DNA of 64,000 nucleotides from Vermamoeba vermiformis (Eukaryota): NCBI GenBank assembly GCA_045837725.1, contig JBEWZL010000216.1, positions 62,001 to 126,000 of the forward strand, read 5' to 3'. Shown piece by piece: positions 52,501 to 64,000 of this stretch (position 1 is its first letter; each line of letters starts with the position of its first letter). The notes under the pieces were generated by a model. It saw only the letters and a program-made list of their open reading frames with translations, ran no database searches and was not told where the DNA came from. The position numbers and the translations under genes were made by a program.

Positions 52501-55152
52501 CATTACAGAACAACTCTAGGGATAATATTTTCCTGAGCACTACTATTGTCAGATTTCTAGGTAAGCACGATCGATTACGCAAAACAAATCCAAAAAGTTT
52601 GCGATGAGCGCCCAAAAACCGCTTCGCTAAATATAGCGCTTAAGTAATTAATTAATGCAGCCTAATTTTGGATTTTACTCTAAAAGCTCATTTTGCCACA
52701 TTTAGGTAATTTTGCTGAATGGTTTGAAAAAAATCCTTCTGCAGCGACTTTTCTCGAAGCAACCATCAAATACATCATGTACTTCCTCACTAGCAATAAC
52801 GCCGATACTAGCTTTGTCGCCGGTACGTTTCGCCGATGCTAAGGCGGAAAAAAGAAAGAAATTTCTAACTTTAGATTTTTTGCTCGATCTAGCACAAGCG
52901 CTGCGGAAATTTTGTTTTAAATGCGAGTCGGGATTACTGCCTGTGCTGAAGATTGTGTTCGAGCAATATACGTCCATATTCCCAAAGATCAAGGTCGAAG
53001 ATCGAAGTCTCATCGTGGAAGGTTTTGTTCACTTGATCTACAAACTGCCTGCAGATCAAGTCACCGGTGCTTTACAAATGATCATCTCGCCCATTCTAGC
53101 CAACATACAGCAAATCAACAGTCAACCTACAGTAAGTCTATTCATACAAAAAAAGTAAAGCACGCGATCGGATCACGTACTAACGAACTATTTTTATGCG
53201 TTGTTAGTCAACTGAACGACATAGATTGCTATTACACGAGTTGAACTGCTTGACAACAACAATGTGGGACCATCAAGTTGACGGGCCGAGCAATCGTGTC
53301 ATCAAACGATTGGCGAAGAAGTCGAGTACGACAACTGCTCCGTTAGTCAGTGCGACTGGAGCACCTCATCCGCTCGTCATTCTCTTCACTAATAGCACAC
53401 TGGGTACTATACTATCTCAATTGCACGATGAATTCATTAACAATGGATCCGAAAGCTATTTGGTCCAGGTACGAATCCGGATTTGCCCCAAGAACCCTTA
53501 ATTACACCGTTAAATATTATTAAGATTAACCCTTACGTGATCCTACGACTAACCATGTCATATTTACTAGAGTTTGTATAATATATACATAGCAGCCCTG
53601 CGAACGTCGGAAAGATCCTTTGCCCCAGTTTTGCCGGCGTTAATTCCTAAAGTCATGTCGTATTACTTCAAGCAGCCTAACAACAGCTCGTTGGATTTAT
53701 TGCGCGAAGTCATCGAGTACTTTGGTGCCGATGAAGACAAAAGCCAAGCGTTTTCAGACCTGCTGCTCAATGTCTCTCAGAAAACATTCGAATTGCTCCA
53801 AAAAAGTAAGCAACATTATACAATTTTTTGCTAGTATCGCCAAAATATTCTCAAGTCAAATTCGTCGAATTCTTTTCATTTATCAAGGTCCGAGGCTACT
53901 CGATCGGTTGCGGGAAGTTATTCTTTGCTTAGTAAGTGGTGACCCGAACACTCAGCTGCGGAGCGTCTCGGGCACGACCACACTAACAAGAATGCACCGC
54001 TTCCCGTCCGATCAGCGAAGTTAAGCTTGTTCAGGCCTTCTTAGTACTGGGGTAGGAGACTACCTGGGAATCGGAGGTGTTGTGCTCTCATCTTTTTTGC
54101 TTTTTATCCTTCTCCATAATATCAATCGAATCTTCCCTTACAAACTGAACAAGCTTAACCCAAGCCAGATCGAAGTTTTAAATTTTGCTTTTTGCCAACT
54201 GATTGCGTTTTTATACTTACCTTAATCGTATCGTAGGTGTTGCAGCGCATTTAGAACTCGTCCAAGGCTATTTAGAACTGCTGTACCAAGCAATGAAGAC
54301 CAATGCGAACCTCCTTACCACGCAAGCTACATCCGCTATTCCGAGCACTGCACTGCAACTCTCCGTGCAGGCTTTGACTTCCAAAGGTACCTAATACCCT
54401 CTATAGTATATTGATCCTCAATTGACCAGCTGTCATGTTTTTTGAATTCGTGGCGCGATCCGATTTAACGTTGCTTATTTTTAGATGTCGAAACCGTTGG
54501 AGCAGCATTGTTGTATTTGAACGTATTGTTGCTCGGGCCACACCGCACAATTCCTGCTTGGACTCAATACATTCAAACAGCGTTGCAGCATCAGGCTAAT
54601 ACGCTCGTCAAGGCTCTTCTAGGCGCGATCGTGCAACACGCAGGACACTTCAAATTGCTACCAAAACAAGCTGAATTATTGTTCCGACTAAGTAAGTACC
54701 TTATATTGCGTATTAGTGGTATACGAAACGCTAAATCGTTCCGGATGTAGTTCAAGATTACCGACCAGTAATTGAACCGACGCTCATCGCGATTTTCGCC
54801 GAAGAAGGCTTCCTACACGAAGAATTTTCGAAGGAAGATAAGCAAACAGTCCTAAGCATATTTTTAAAGTAAGTCGGAGTTCGGATGTCAGTTTGTCTTG
54901 TCGTAATTTTTTTAACCGTTACGGATTACAATCCACCAGTATTTTACGAGTTAACGCAATAACTAAGTACTTTAAATTGGATAATTTGAAATCAGCTATT
55001 ATTAGTGCCTATAGAGTCTTTATAAGGATTAGTCTAATCTCGATCTGGCCAGGTTGAAGCCGTTCGGACGATTCAAGTCTTTTATTACGGACTTTACGGA
55101 CATATGCAATAAGAAGATGAGCTTCGATGCGCTGCTAAGCTATTTAATGTAA
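49560..55152 (+). CDS. Importin-beta family karyopherin, importin-13/transportin-SR type
   Basis: AIFALYDP...KQEANQWLMKFVSTPEAWDI, VQFVAAQSL, VRVRLCLAVAA, LSLLPEE, SELTLPFW, WQTAESIYF; about 20 exons; stop 55150-55152. Confidence 0.85.
53970..54088 (+). rRNA. 5S rRNA, single copy inside intron 53806-54236 of the karyopherin gene
   Basis: 119 nt; terminal helix GGGCACGAC/GTTGTGCTC, CCCGTCCGATC, GAAGTTAAGC (box A), TTAGTACTGG...GACTACCTGGGAA; T6 terminator at about 54093. Confidence 0.95.
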
Positions 55153-55804
55153 GATAACATCATAGAGACTGAAAAACTAGTTTTTGCTCCGTCGCATCCA
55201 TAATTTAATAGAAATACCAACAAAACGTTATAATATAGCAATCCCATAAACCGAATAGTAAATAAACCATGTTAATAAGTACGAAATTCATGAATGCATC
55301 AGCGCACGATCCAAATTTACTTAGTTTGCACAACACGTCGGCGCCTATATAACGATTTCAATACTTGAACATAATCAAGGCCTTACATTTCAATCGCTTT
55401 ATGAGTAAATTTGATTAAACCGCCTAAAAATAATGCAGTGCAACGATTGGTGGTTGTTCCGCAATATGTCAGCGGGAATACCTTTTTTCATTCATCGCCG
55501 AAAGTCCGAAGATATTAGGCATCGATTTTAGCTTGTTTCAGATCTGGCGACTCGCATGCGAACAGAAATTCGAATTCGCTTTTGTGAGTCATAAACTATT
55601 ATTGGGACAGGATCCCTGAATCGACAGTCGATGGAAATTTAATCCGTAGTTTCGTATAGATAAAGTAGTAACCTAGATGGTGCATCGGATAGTCATATCG
55701 TTATCAAGATCCGAAATTTACAAAGGGGACTCTTTTATTGTCCATATCCGTTCATTACTATAATACACTAAAAATACAATTAATTCGCTATACATCATGA
55801 TCGA

Positions 55805-56514
55805 TTACTCCTTTGAAGGCGTAACGAAGTGGATATATTTCATTTGTAGTAGTTGTTCGACCTCTTCGCGTAACTCCACGAAGATCGACTTGCTTGGTGA
55901 ATTAAGTCTTTCTTTGATTAATCGTGCTTGCCACGGGTCTAAGTGAACAACGTTCTCGCCTGTAGAAAATCCAAAATACTTGTCGCAAATGTTTTGAGCT
56001 GATTTTAGGATGGAACCCGTGTCGTTTGACGGCATCCGTTCGAAAAGTACGGCGTCACGATAAAATTCCAAGTTCTCTTCGCAGAATTCTTTCATTAGGA
56101 AGCCATGGAACTCCGAATATAGGTCTGTATCGGTGACAATGTCGTGAAACCTTCCTTGGCGAGATTTGTAGAAACTGATCGTAATGCCTCGATTAGTAAG
56201 CTATTGACGCCAAAGTGATAAATTGCATTGCAAATACAAAGGGATAAATTTCAAAATCCATCCAGACGAAGACGCGTTGACGTGGTGAAACAATAAATGT
56301 TTTGGGGTGGATGTCGTAGGAAATTAATTGTTTATGGAAATGTTAATTACGCTTACCTTTTTGTTTTCTTTAATTTCTTTGGCGCTAATGACTTCTTTTT
56401 AGACTCTTTTTCTTTCTTCTTTTCTTCCTTGTGGATTTTATGCTTTCCTTTCTCTTCGGACGATTCGTCTCGTTTACTTCTTTTCGAGGGCGACTCCTCC
56501 TTTCGTTTTATCAT
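55805..56514 (-). CDS. RGS-domain protein with Lys-rich N-terminus
   Basis: EFHGFLMKEFCEENLEFYRDAVLFE...AQNICDKYF...IFVELREEVEQLLQMKYIHFV. Confidence 0.8.
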
Positions 56515-57330
56515 TTTCTTATCGAACACTATATTGTGTGCTGCTATGGCAGGATGTGACCGAGAGATGTGGTCGAGTGTCAAATTAACAATGATTGGTT
56601 CGTCAAATAAAAAGCTTGACTTATGTGGTATCGGCAAGTCTACGTTAGAGAAATAAATTGCAGCCAACAAACCGAAAAAAAGATTGATAAGTTTACGGTT
56701 CACAATGACACGCGTTTGGCGAGATGTTTTGCCGATAGGTTATATGACCAGAAAGCCGAAACTTTTTTGCACACAAAATTATCTCGTGCTGTGATGCGTT
56801 CTCTGGGACGAAAGCAAATTAATTAATTTTATATTAAGCGTGAGTATGCCTCCTAGATCGGCACCACAAGAATTCCGTTAATTAACATCATGACACAGTG
56901 CAGCGGAACATTGTTGTTATACCTCATGATCCAATCGTTACTAACTTGGGTAAGCCAACAAAATCACTTTGCCCCACTCGCCAAGTTTCGGCAAAAGTTT
57001 AAATTTAACGAAGGATCGGCCACAAATCAAAACCAGAAAATTTCGCTTGGCTAACCATGATAGCAACAATTGACAACATTAGGGTTTACTTTAGCCCATA
57101 ATATCCGATTTATTTGCAAGTTTTCGTAAATAACGCTAGTTTTCGAGAACGCGTGCACTAAATTTTTACTGTTGCGTGGATTAGCACAAAACACGTTTTA
57201 GAACGAACCGCTATTTCTCTATATACAAGGTAAACTATCACGTTAATAACATGACGAATGAAACACGGCCTGTGTCAGATCTGAATCTGATCTCGGTGTA
57301 GGCGTCCAACTCGTGCTCTTCACTTAAATC

Positions 57331-57795
57331 ATGGCCGCAAGAGTGTCAGGCGTGCAAAAAGAAATATTAAAAATATACAGAGCGTTTCTAAGAGAAGTGA
57401 GACGTCGCGAGCCTAATGAACGAGAAGGATTATTAGCTACAATAAAATCTCGCTTCAAAAAAGACAAACAAATTCCAAGGTAAGTTAATAATTAATTAAT
57501 TGCATTTTTTTAGCATATTTAGAAAACTACGGGAGGATCCTGAATGTCCCGAAAATATTTTCGCCGTGAATCCAATATCGTTTACGGAAATTTCTATTAC
57601 CTTATATTCATTAATACTAATGAAGTAATCTATATTAGGAAAGAATTTGAATATATTGAGTACAAGATTGGTTACGCACGAAGACAGTTACGCGCACTTC
57701 AAGACGGACAGATAACGGGCAGTGCAAGTGTTGGAACTAAAACTGAGACCAATGTAACTAACAATATGAACACGAACAAAAGCAATTCCTCATAG
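57331..57795 (+). CDS. SDHAF1: LYR-motif protein, succinate dehydrogenase assembly factor 1-like
   Basis: MAARVSGVQKEILKIYRAFLREVR...RFKKDKQIPR|KEFEYIEYKIGYARRQL; two exons. Confidence 0.8.
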
Positions 57796-58238
57796 TAAGC
57801 ACAAACTAATTTTTCGATCGCGCGATCTCACCTTGTAAATAAAAGCAAATGTAAATATTACGCATATAGTATTGCGGTGCCATATAGTTTATAGTATGAT
57901 ATTACCTACGCTTACTACAGCACTACAAGTAATTTTTGTGATTTTGGGTCAAATTCCTTCGCAAAATATGGTGAGTTTATTGCGCGATGGCCGAACAGCA
58001 TACTCTGTAATTACTGTATAAAGAACAACAAAGGTATGAAGACTGTCGATTTATGCGAAATAGCTTTTCAGCGGTGCTGCGAGACTGAAGGAACTTGATC
58101 ACGATCAAGAACAAAAATAATTGCACTAAAATTATTATTGAAAGCAAATAGCACCAATAGTCAATCCCACATGATTTACTTTCCGCAGTGGCAATAATGG
58201 CACGATTTAAATATTTATTGAAATAATTTTTTTTCTAG

Positions 58239-58646
58239 ATGTCAGAAGACTACGAAGCATACGAATCATCCTCAAACTCAGTCCTTGCTAAAATCACGCA
58301 CAACAAATTCGTTACGAATTTTATGAATTATTGGAACGTTGGTACAACTTGGTTCGCAGGCGTAAGTGGATCATTTCGCGATCTGCAATCAGGCTTTGCC
58401 TCTTTGCAGTACTAAGTTATAATAATCGTACTATTATTAATATCCGTTGATAATAGAAAGTTAAGCCTGTTATTCAATACGGTTGGGTGCCTTTTGTCGT
58501 GTACATGGGCATGCGAACAGATGCACGTCTTACTTTGGCTTCAGTTGTTTTCCCTATCTTCTTTGATTCTGGTTTGGAACACGGTACGTATTAAATAATA
58601 ATATAACCATATTTAGATCTAATCTTTCGTCACTTCAGCCGAATAA
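58239..58646 (+). CDS. TOM7: Mitochondrial import receptor subunit Tom7-like (three coding exons; absent from ORF track)
   Basis: Spliced: ...WFAG|KVKPVIQYGWVPFVVYMGMRTDARLTLASVVFP; YGWxPFVxYxG is the Tom7 TM signature. Confidence 0.75.
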
Positions 58647-58823
58647 AAACTGCGATCAACAATTTAACCTGTAAAAAGACTTCAATTACGAATAAACCTG
58701 TCGTTATAGCTATGCTCGTATCATATTGGTCGTATTGGAGATAATCTAGGAGTTTGATCACGTGGGCACGTCAGTGGTGGTTTTTAAGTTTGTCGCGATC
58801 GTTATATTTTGTTATTTTTCAAG

Positions 58824-61327
58824 ATGGCGAACAACAAAGCCTTATTTATTGCTTTAGTCTGCTCGCTATTTGCGGCTACTATTGCACAATCGTGCTCATT
58901 CCCGCAACGAGCTTGGGTTGATTACAACACTGTCAAGAACTGCATCAACTCCATTGCGCCCAATCCCACTCAACAACAACAAACTCTCGATACCCTTAAC
59001 AAGGGTCTTCAAATTTATGCCTTCCGAGACATCAACAAGTAAGTACAACCACGTTTGAATGAACTTTGGCCGTTGAGGATCTCCGAATCCCTGTTGCAAA
59101 TAATTATCGTTAATTATATAGTTACAAAATATTTCTCTATGCATAAAAATATAAAATACTAATTTGTATGTTTAATTTGAAAAACTCTTTGGAATGGTCC
59201 AATGATTTTTCGGATCACGCGGTAACTAATTGTTACCTGTAGGGACTCACCGGGCTCTCAATTGATGCACATTAGCGTCGATATTTTTGCACAATTGCAA
59301 AACATTTCACAGTCCAGTTTCACAACTGACTTCCAGTTCCATCAGGTAAGCACGCAGTCCCACCCACAAATTTTTAGCAAAGACAATTAGCTTTCGCATT
59401 ATATTATTTACCTTATATGCATTACGATGCAACGAAAACCAAGTATTTCAAAACGTTATTCTCATCCTGGATTTGTAGGCGATCAGCAACGTGTTGTTGT
59501 CTTTGCACGACGCTCATACCACGTACAGCAAGCCCACGTGCTACCAAATCTTCTCTGTGCAGCCTTTCGCCCTCAGCTCGCTCTACAACGCTTCTATTAG
59601 CGAGCAACAAATTTTCATTTCTGGCATCTACCAATACGCAAGCAAATGGAACCAAGATTTCACCAAGTACAACGGCTGGACTGTTATTTCTATCGACGGT
59701 GACGACGCCTTGCCTCACATTGTTGCTTATGCTCTTAAGAACGCTTGGTTGTCGAAGGACGTTTCCGTTATGTTCAACTGGGCTCTCGAATCCGGATTCC
59801 AACAACGAACTTTGGCTTTGTTCGATATGCCCGCCAAGCCTGTCCGCAAATACACCTTGCAAGACCCTAAGTCTGGCAACGTCGTCGACATTTCTGTGCC
59901 TTATTTGATGCTCGCTGCTGGTGGTGACATTACCTCCCAGAACTGCTTCGCTCCTCCATCTCCACAACAACAACAAGAAGACAAGTCTGCCAATGTCTTG
60001 GAACGCTTTTCTGTGCCCAAGGAGCTCAAGCTCTTGCAAGGACAAGGCAACGAGAAGGTCGCTCGTGCGTAAGTACTAACTAAAAAGTCTCGCGCTTTAA
60101 CGCCCTTTCTAACGATGACGTGCTTAGTGGCGGATCCTTCAAATCAGACTCGATCTCCATGTACCAGTTTGACAGCCAGACTATGGTGTTGCGCATCACT
60201 TCATTCGAGCCTAAAGATAGCAACGACGCCTTCTTGAACACTATCGAACAAGGCATTAAATACGCTCAAGACAACAACTTGCCACAACTCATCATCGATC
60301 TCCGTGGTAACGGTGGTGGTGACATCTGCTTGGGCTATCAAGTCTTGCACAGATTGATGGAGGAAGACCACCCTGAAGGTCGTTACGACGTCATTCACTC
60401 CGAAATTTCCACTGCTGCTTTCTACGCTGGTGTTGGCTTGCCGCCTTCGTTTTTCTTGGTTTCTCCTCAATGGTGGGACGATGAACAAGGTGCGTGCTAT
60501 TAGAGTATCGACAAGTAGATAGACTATTGACATTTGTTTTGTTAGGCAACACTTACTACAACATTAGCTGGTACGACCCTGGTCAAACTCACATCCGCGG
60601 TGGTGTCAAGGGTCGATACAGTGAACGTGTTTACCACGCTTGCGATTACGTCAAGGAAGACTTGCAGGTAATGAACGAGAACTTGACACGTGCACATTCG
60701 AATTTTTTTTGACTCGTTATGTTAACTCATTAATGCCATGATGGTACTAACGTTATTATGCTACAGTACAAATTCAAGGGTATTTTGGTTGTCAGTGACG
60801 GTACTTGCGGCAGCACTTGCGCCGTGTTCAGCAGCCACTTGGACGAGGTCGATAACATCGACACTGTTGCCGTTGGTGGTCTTTACAACACCCCCACTTC
60901 TTACATGTCCTTCCCTGGTGGTGAAGTCATTGGTTTGAATGACGTCATTCAATTGTTGCAAGCATTGAACGTGGCTAACAACCCTGCCGCACCGCAACAT
61001 TTCCCGACCACTGCTGACCTTAGGTAAGTTTCAATATCCCTATGCTTCATACTCAATATAGTGACTGCCAGTGCGTATCATAAGCTAATGTATTTGATTA
61101 GATACACTTTCTTGGAGATCTACCCTTGGTCCTCAAAGGATCCCGCCAACACTCCTTTGGAATTCGTTTGGAAGCCTGCCACTCATAAATTGGACTTCTG
61201 GTTCTACGGCGATCAAAACACTGAGTTGTTGTATCAACAAGTCTTGCCTTTCTTCCAACACATTAACACTGACGTCACCAAGGTCATGAAGAATCCTTCG
61301 AAGATCTATTCGAGCTTGAACCTTTAA
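58824..61327 (+). CDS. Secreted peptidase S41-family protein
   Basis: Signal peptide; LHDAHT, VISIDG, VLRITSF, LIIDLRGNGGG, SDGTCGSTCAVF, VAVGG. Confidence 0.88.
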
Positions 61328-61470
61328 GATAAAGATTAGTGAAATAAAATATAAGTTTTAAGCAGTAGCGTTGATATCGAAGCCAAAGTACGGATGAAAA
61401 ATCGATTGACAGATCAGGAAAAAGAACTCTAGAATTTCAATTTTATTTACATCAAATAGGCGCTGAATAA

Positions 61471-61702
61471 TTAGGAAATAAATATTCTAGCAATAATTAT
61501 TGCTAGAATTAATACTAAAACGAAAATTTTGGCGGTTTGGTTTAAAGGCAGCAATCCGGGTCTTCTTTTGAATTTTTCTGCCGCTTCGATCAATTGATCC
61601 GGGGCAACACCAAAATTTCTATCATTCGCTATAATTTTTTCAATATTGTCTTTTATTCTTCGGGGAAGGTCTTCTGGATCTTCATCTGTATTTGTCTTCC
61701 AT
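61471..61702 (-). pseudogene. Small tail-anchored protein, tandem paralog of 61863-62078; ATG out of frame by one base
   Basis: Open frame ...DEDPEDLPRRIKDNIEK...KFKRRP...TAKIFVLVLILAIIIARIFIS*; the ATG GAA GAC AAA TAC AGA TGA start needs one base removed. Confidence 0.55.
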
Positions 61703-61862
61703 AGTTATATTCCAACAAAGGTATTCAAGCACGTAATGTGGTCTTACTTTCACATAAATTGCAATTTTAGCAACGACAAAAAAAAATTCAAATATTTGAA
61801 TAATAGCGGTTTCTTGAGAAGACATCGTTTTTAAAATTAATATTTAATTAACTTAGGACGGA

Positions 61863-62078
61863 TTACATAAATATTCGAGAAATAATCATCGCTACAATTA
61901 AGACTAAAACAAAAATTTTAATCATGCTTGTATCTTTTTTTGGTCTTCGAAATCGTTCGTCTATCAATTCATGTGCCTCCAATCGCGGATTAAGCTTATC
62001 AATTAATTCGATATGGCCGAAGTTTTCTTTCATTATTCGGTTGATCTTTTCTTGATCTTGTGGATCTCCAGTCTCCAT
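61863..62078 (-). CDS. Small (71 aa) C-tail-anchored membrane protein
   Basis: ORF ends MIKIFVLVLIVAMIISRIFM; supported by the adjacent paralog. Confidence 0.6.
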   Translation of the reverse strand: METGDPQDQEKINRIMKENFGHIELIDKLNPRLEAHELIDERFRRPKKDTSMIKIFVLVLIVAMIISRIFM

Positions 62079-62291
62079 GTTGATGCTCGAGGTGGCTTAC
62101 GAAAAAAATTAATATTATAGTAAGTAATTGTGCTGTTTCGCGTTAATTTATTCAAATAAACTGGTGGCTAAAAGAAATTGTGCTTTTTTTAAGGCTCTAA
62201 CAAAAACGGTTGAAAAAAACGCGTACAATACTGGTCAAAATTTATTAATAATAAATTAATTAAATTCTTAGAAATTAATGGCGATAATATG

Positions 62292-63113
62292 TTAATCATC
62301 CCGATCGTGTTTCCTTCTGTACTCTCCGGCAACTACTCGCTGGTTTTCTTCTTGTAACTGTTTAAGGTCGTCTGCTGCTGCCTTCTTTCGCTTTTTTGTA
62401 GCTTTAATTTCGTCCAGGAGCCATTTAAATGCTAAATAATAAACGATTAGCGCTATTGAAGAGAAAATTGTACGCGGATGTACCTTCTTTGATATTTTTT
62501 CCTGCTGTGGCTGAAATAATTTCAATATGACTATTTTCGAACGTCGAAAACTTCTGCTTGAAATGAGCGGCATCTCCTTTCTCCAGATCCGATTTGTTGC
62601 CGAGGATCAAGATCGGAAGTTGTTCGTGAAGCCTAGATACAACGCCTTGCAACGCTTCATAGGAGGCACCAAAATTATTACTATCGCTAAGGTCTACCAT
62701 CCATATTATGCCTTGCGCTTGAGCGAGCGCGTTGTCCCAGCAATTTCGTTGCGCATCCAATCCGCCTCCGCAATCCCAAAAGGAGATTTTTTTGCCAGAA
62801 AAATTAAAATTGCCGTGATTGTACGTGGGGGCTATGAAATTTCTTATTAATAACAGATTTAACGAAGCTAGAATTTTTTAAAAATTGTCTAAAACGGCAT
62901 CTAGAATTCCATAATAATTTGGACGCAAATAATTCAATTATTACGTACTAGGAGTATTAGGCACTTTAGCGTCATGATTTATCTTCGTATAGAACGTCGT
63001 TTTGCCGGATGCCGAAAGCCCCAACAACGCAACGGCTATTTCCTTCTCTATTTAATTAACCGTTAATACTAATATTAGGCGAGTAGATTTTTAATTTACG
63101 TACTCTTAATCAT
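62292..63113 (-). CDS. Atypical Arf-like small GTPase with C-terminal extension
   Basis: LLGLSASGKTT, APT, FWDCGGG, GIIWMVD, LILGNKSD, ISATAG, AFKWLL; three introns. Confidence 0.8.
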
Positions 63114-63480
63114 GTTTGGTCGATGCTTTGCTGAACTCGGATACTATGGCACGACAGTTTTTTTTATCGTTTAAAATCGAAAAACAGAAATCAAGAATTC
63201 TAATTCTGGGTGGAATTGACAAGTATAGACAGGTACAGATAGTCAATTTACCTACATACCAAAAGTAGCAATTTCTCTCGGGCGATCTTTTGGAATTCTG
63301 GAGCGGAAGCTAAATTAGTTTTATTTTGCTTCATATCCTCCACCCGCGAATTAATTCGACTAATTCTTGCGGAAGAGAATTAATATTTTCATTAGGCATC
63401 TTTCTAGCCACATATTTTGCGACAATATTTTTAAGGCTCAGATCCGTTCCTATTCAAAAATACTCATTAACAACAATTAT

Positions 63481-64000
63481 AACTATTTAAAATTATATCC
63501 TACGTACCATATACTTTAAGTGAGTATATATCAGTGCCACCAACGTTTCCAGACCAAATATATACAGTGTCGCCGTCGGCTACGGCAGAATGAACGGATC
63601 TAGCGTCAATAGTGACTGGCCCTAGAACTTCGACTTTCCTCCATATATTTCTTGCTATATAATATTATGTAAGTAAGAAGTGGCACAACGGATTCGCAAC
63701 AATAATACAGCTAACGAAGATCTTTTTTCGACATCCGAAATTTAAAATTTCATACCAAAGTCATATAAAGCTACTGAATCCAAAAAACTTCTTCCGCTGT
63801 AACCTCCGAATAAAACTCCGAGTAATTCTCCGTTGCCTGTCTTAACCAGCGTAAATGAATGGCCTGCGCAAGAGGACGGTTTGTTTTCTTCAGGAAAATT
63901 TATTCTGGTCCATTCATAACTCCCTAAAATAATAATTGTATTAATATATAAGACAATTTTGTACATTAATTAATATTCGCAAATAAAATTTGCACGAAAA
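63481..64000 (-). CDS. Kelch-repeat protein, 3' part (starts beyond the window)
   Basis: CAGHSFTLV...VLFGGYSGRSFLDSVALYD; RSVHSAVADGDTVYIWSG. Confidence 0.75.

Noticed and set aside
34244-55250. TCCCATAA motifs (about 34244, 40564, 55242) resembling the Dictyostelium DUSE ncRNA promoter element
   Set aside because: No recognisable snRNA, SRP or Class I RNA about 60 nt downstream; a short motif expected by chance.
57079-57100. TTAGGGTTT telo-box-like motif and GCCCA upstream of SDHAF1
   Set aside because: Single short matches; no telomeric array and no evidence of function.
17110-61702. Programmed +1 frameshifting at AAA-TAC shared by ARPC4 and the 61.7-kb microprotein
   Set aside because: Only two cases, both at A-runs; homopolymer assembly error or pseudogenisation is simpler.
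1-64000. CRISPR arrays, prokaryotic operons, transposase or reverse-transcriptase ORFs, U12 introns
   Set aside because: No repeat-spacer array, transposase/RT motif or convincing U12 donor was seen; the window is spliceosomal eukaryotic DNA.

Overview
AT-rich, gene-dense, intron-rich eukaryotic nuclear DNA (mostly 40-300 nt GT-AG introns, standard code). It is most likely an amoeboid protist (Amoebozoa-like, inferred from gene content). About 30 protein genes: two tandem receptor tyrosine kinases, an RRM/RS protein, an EGF-multi-TM protein, kanadaptin, ARPC4, a ZIP transporter, a GH5 endoglycoceramidase, mago nashi, two F-box proteins, a head-to-head cathepsin Z pair, an ankyrin-kinase, an importin-13/transportin-SR-type karyopherin, an RGS protein, SDHAF1, Tom7, an S41 peptidase, an Arf-like GTPase and a Kelch protein. 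Main observations: (1) three dispersed Crinkler-like P-loop NTPase genes whose bodies, but not their 5' header exons, are almost devoid of CpG in an otherwise CpG-rich genome, which suggests a family-targeted cytosine-methylation footprint; (2) a head-to-head gene pair in which each gene hosts a sense-strand Pol III gene in an intron (tRNA-Asn, and a solitary 5S rRNA); (3) intron-bearing genes of probable bacterial origin (DUF2891-like; a 30-aa NEIQTLSL-repeat secreted protein); (4) recurrent intronic TTGACACGTGTCAA palindromes and GATC clusters. Gene models were assembled by eye, so exon boundaries are approximate. Family assignments come from recognised motifs, not database searches.
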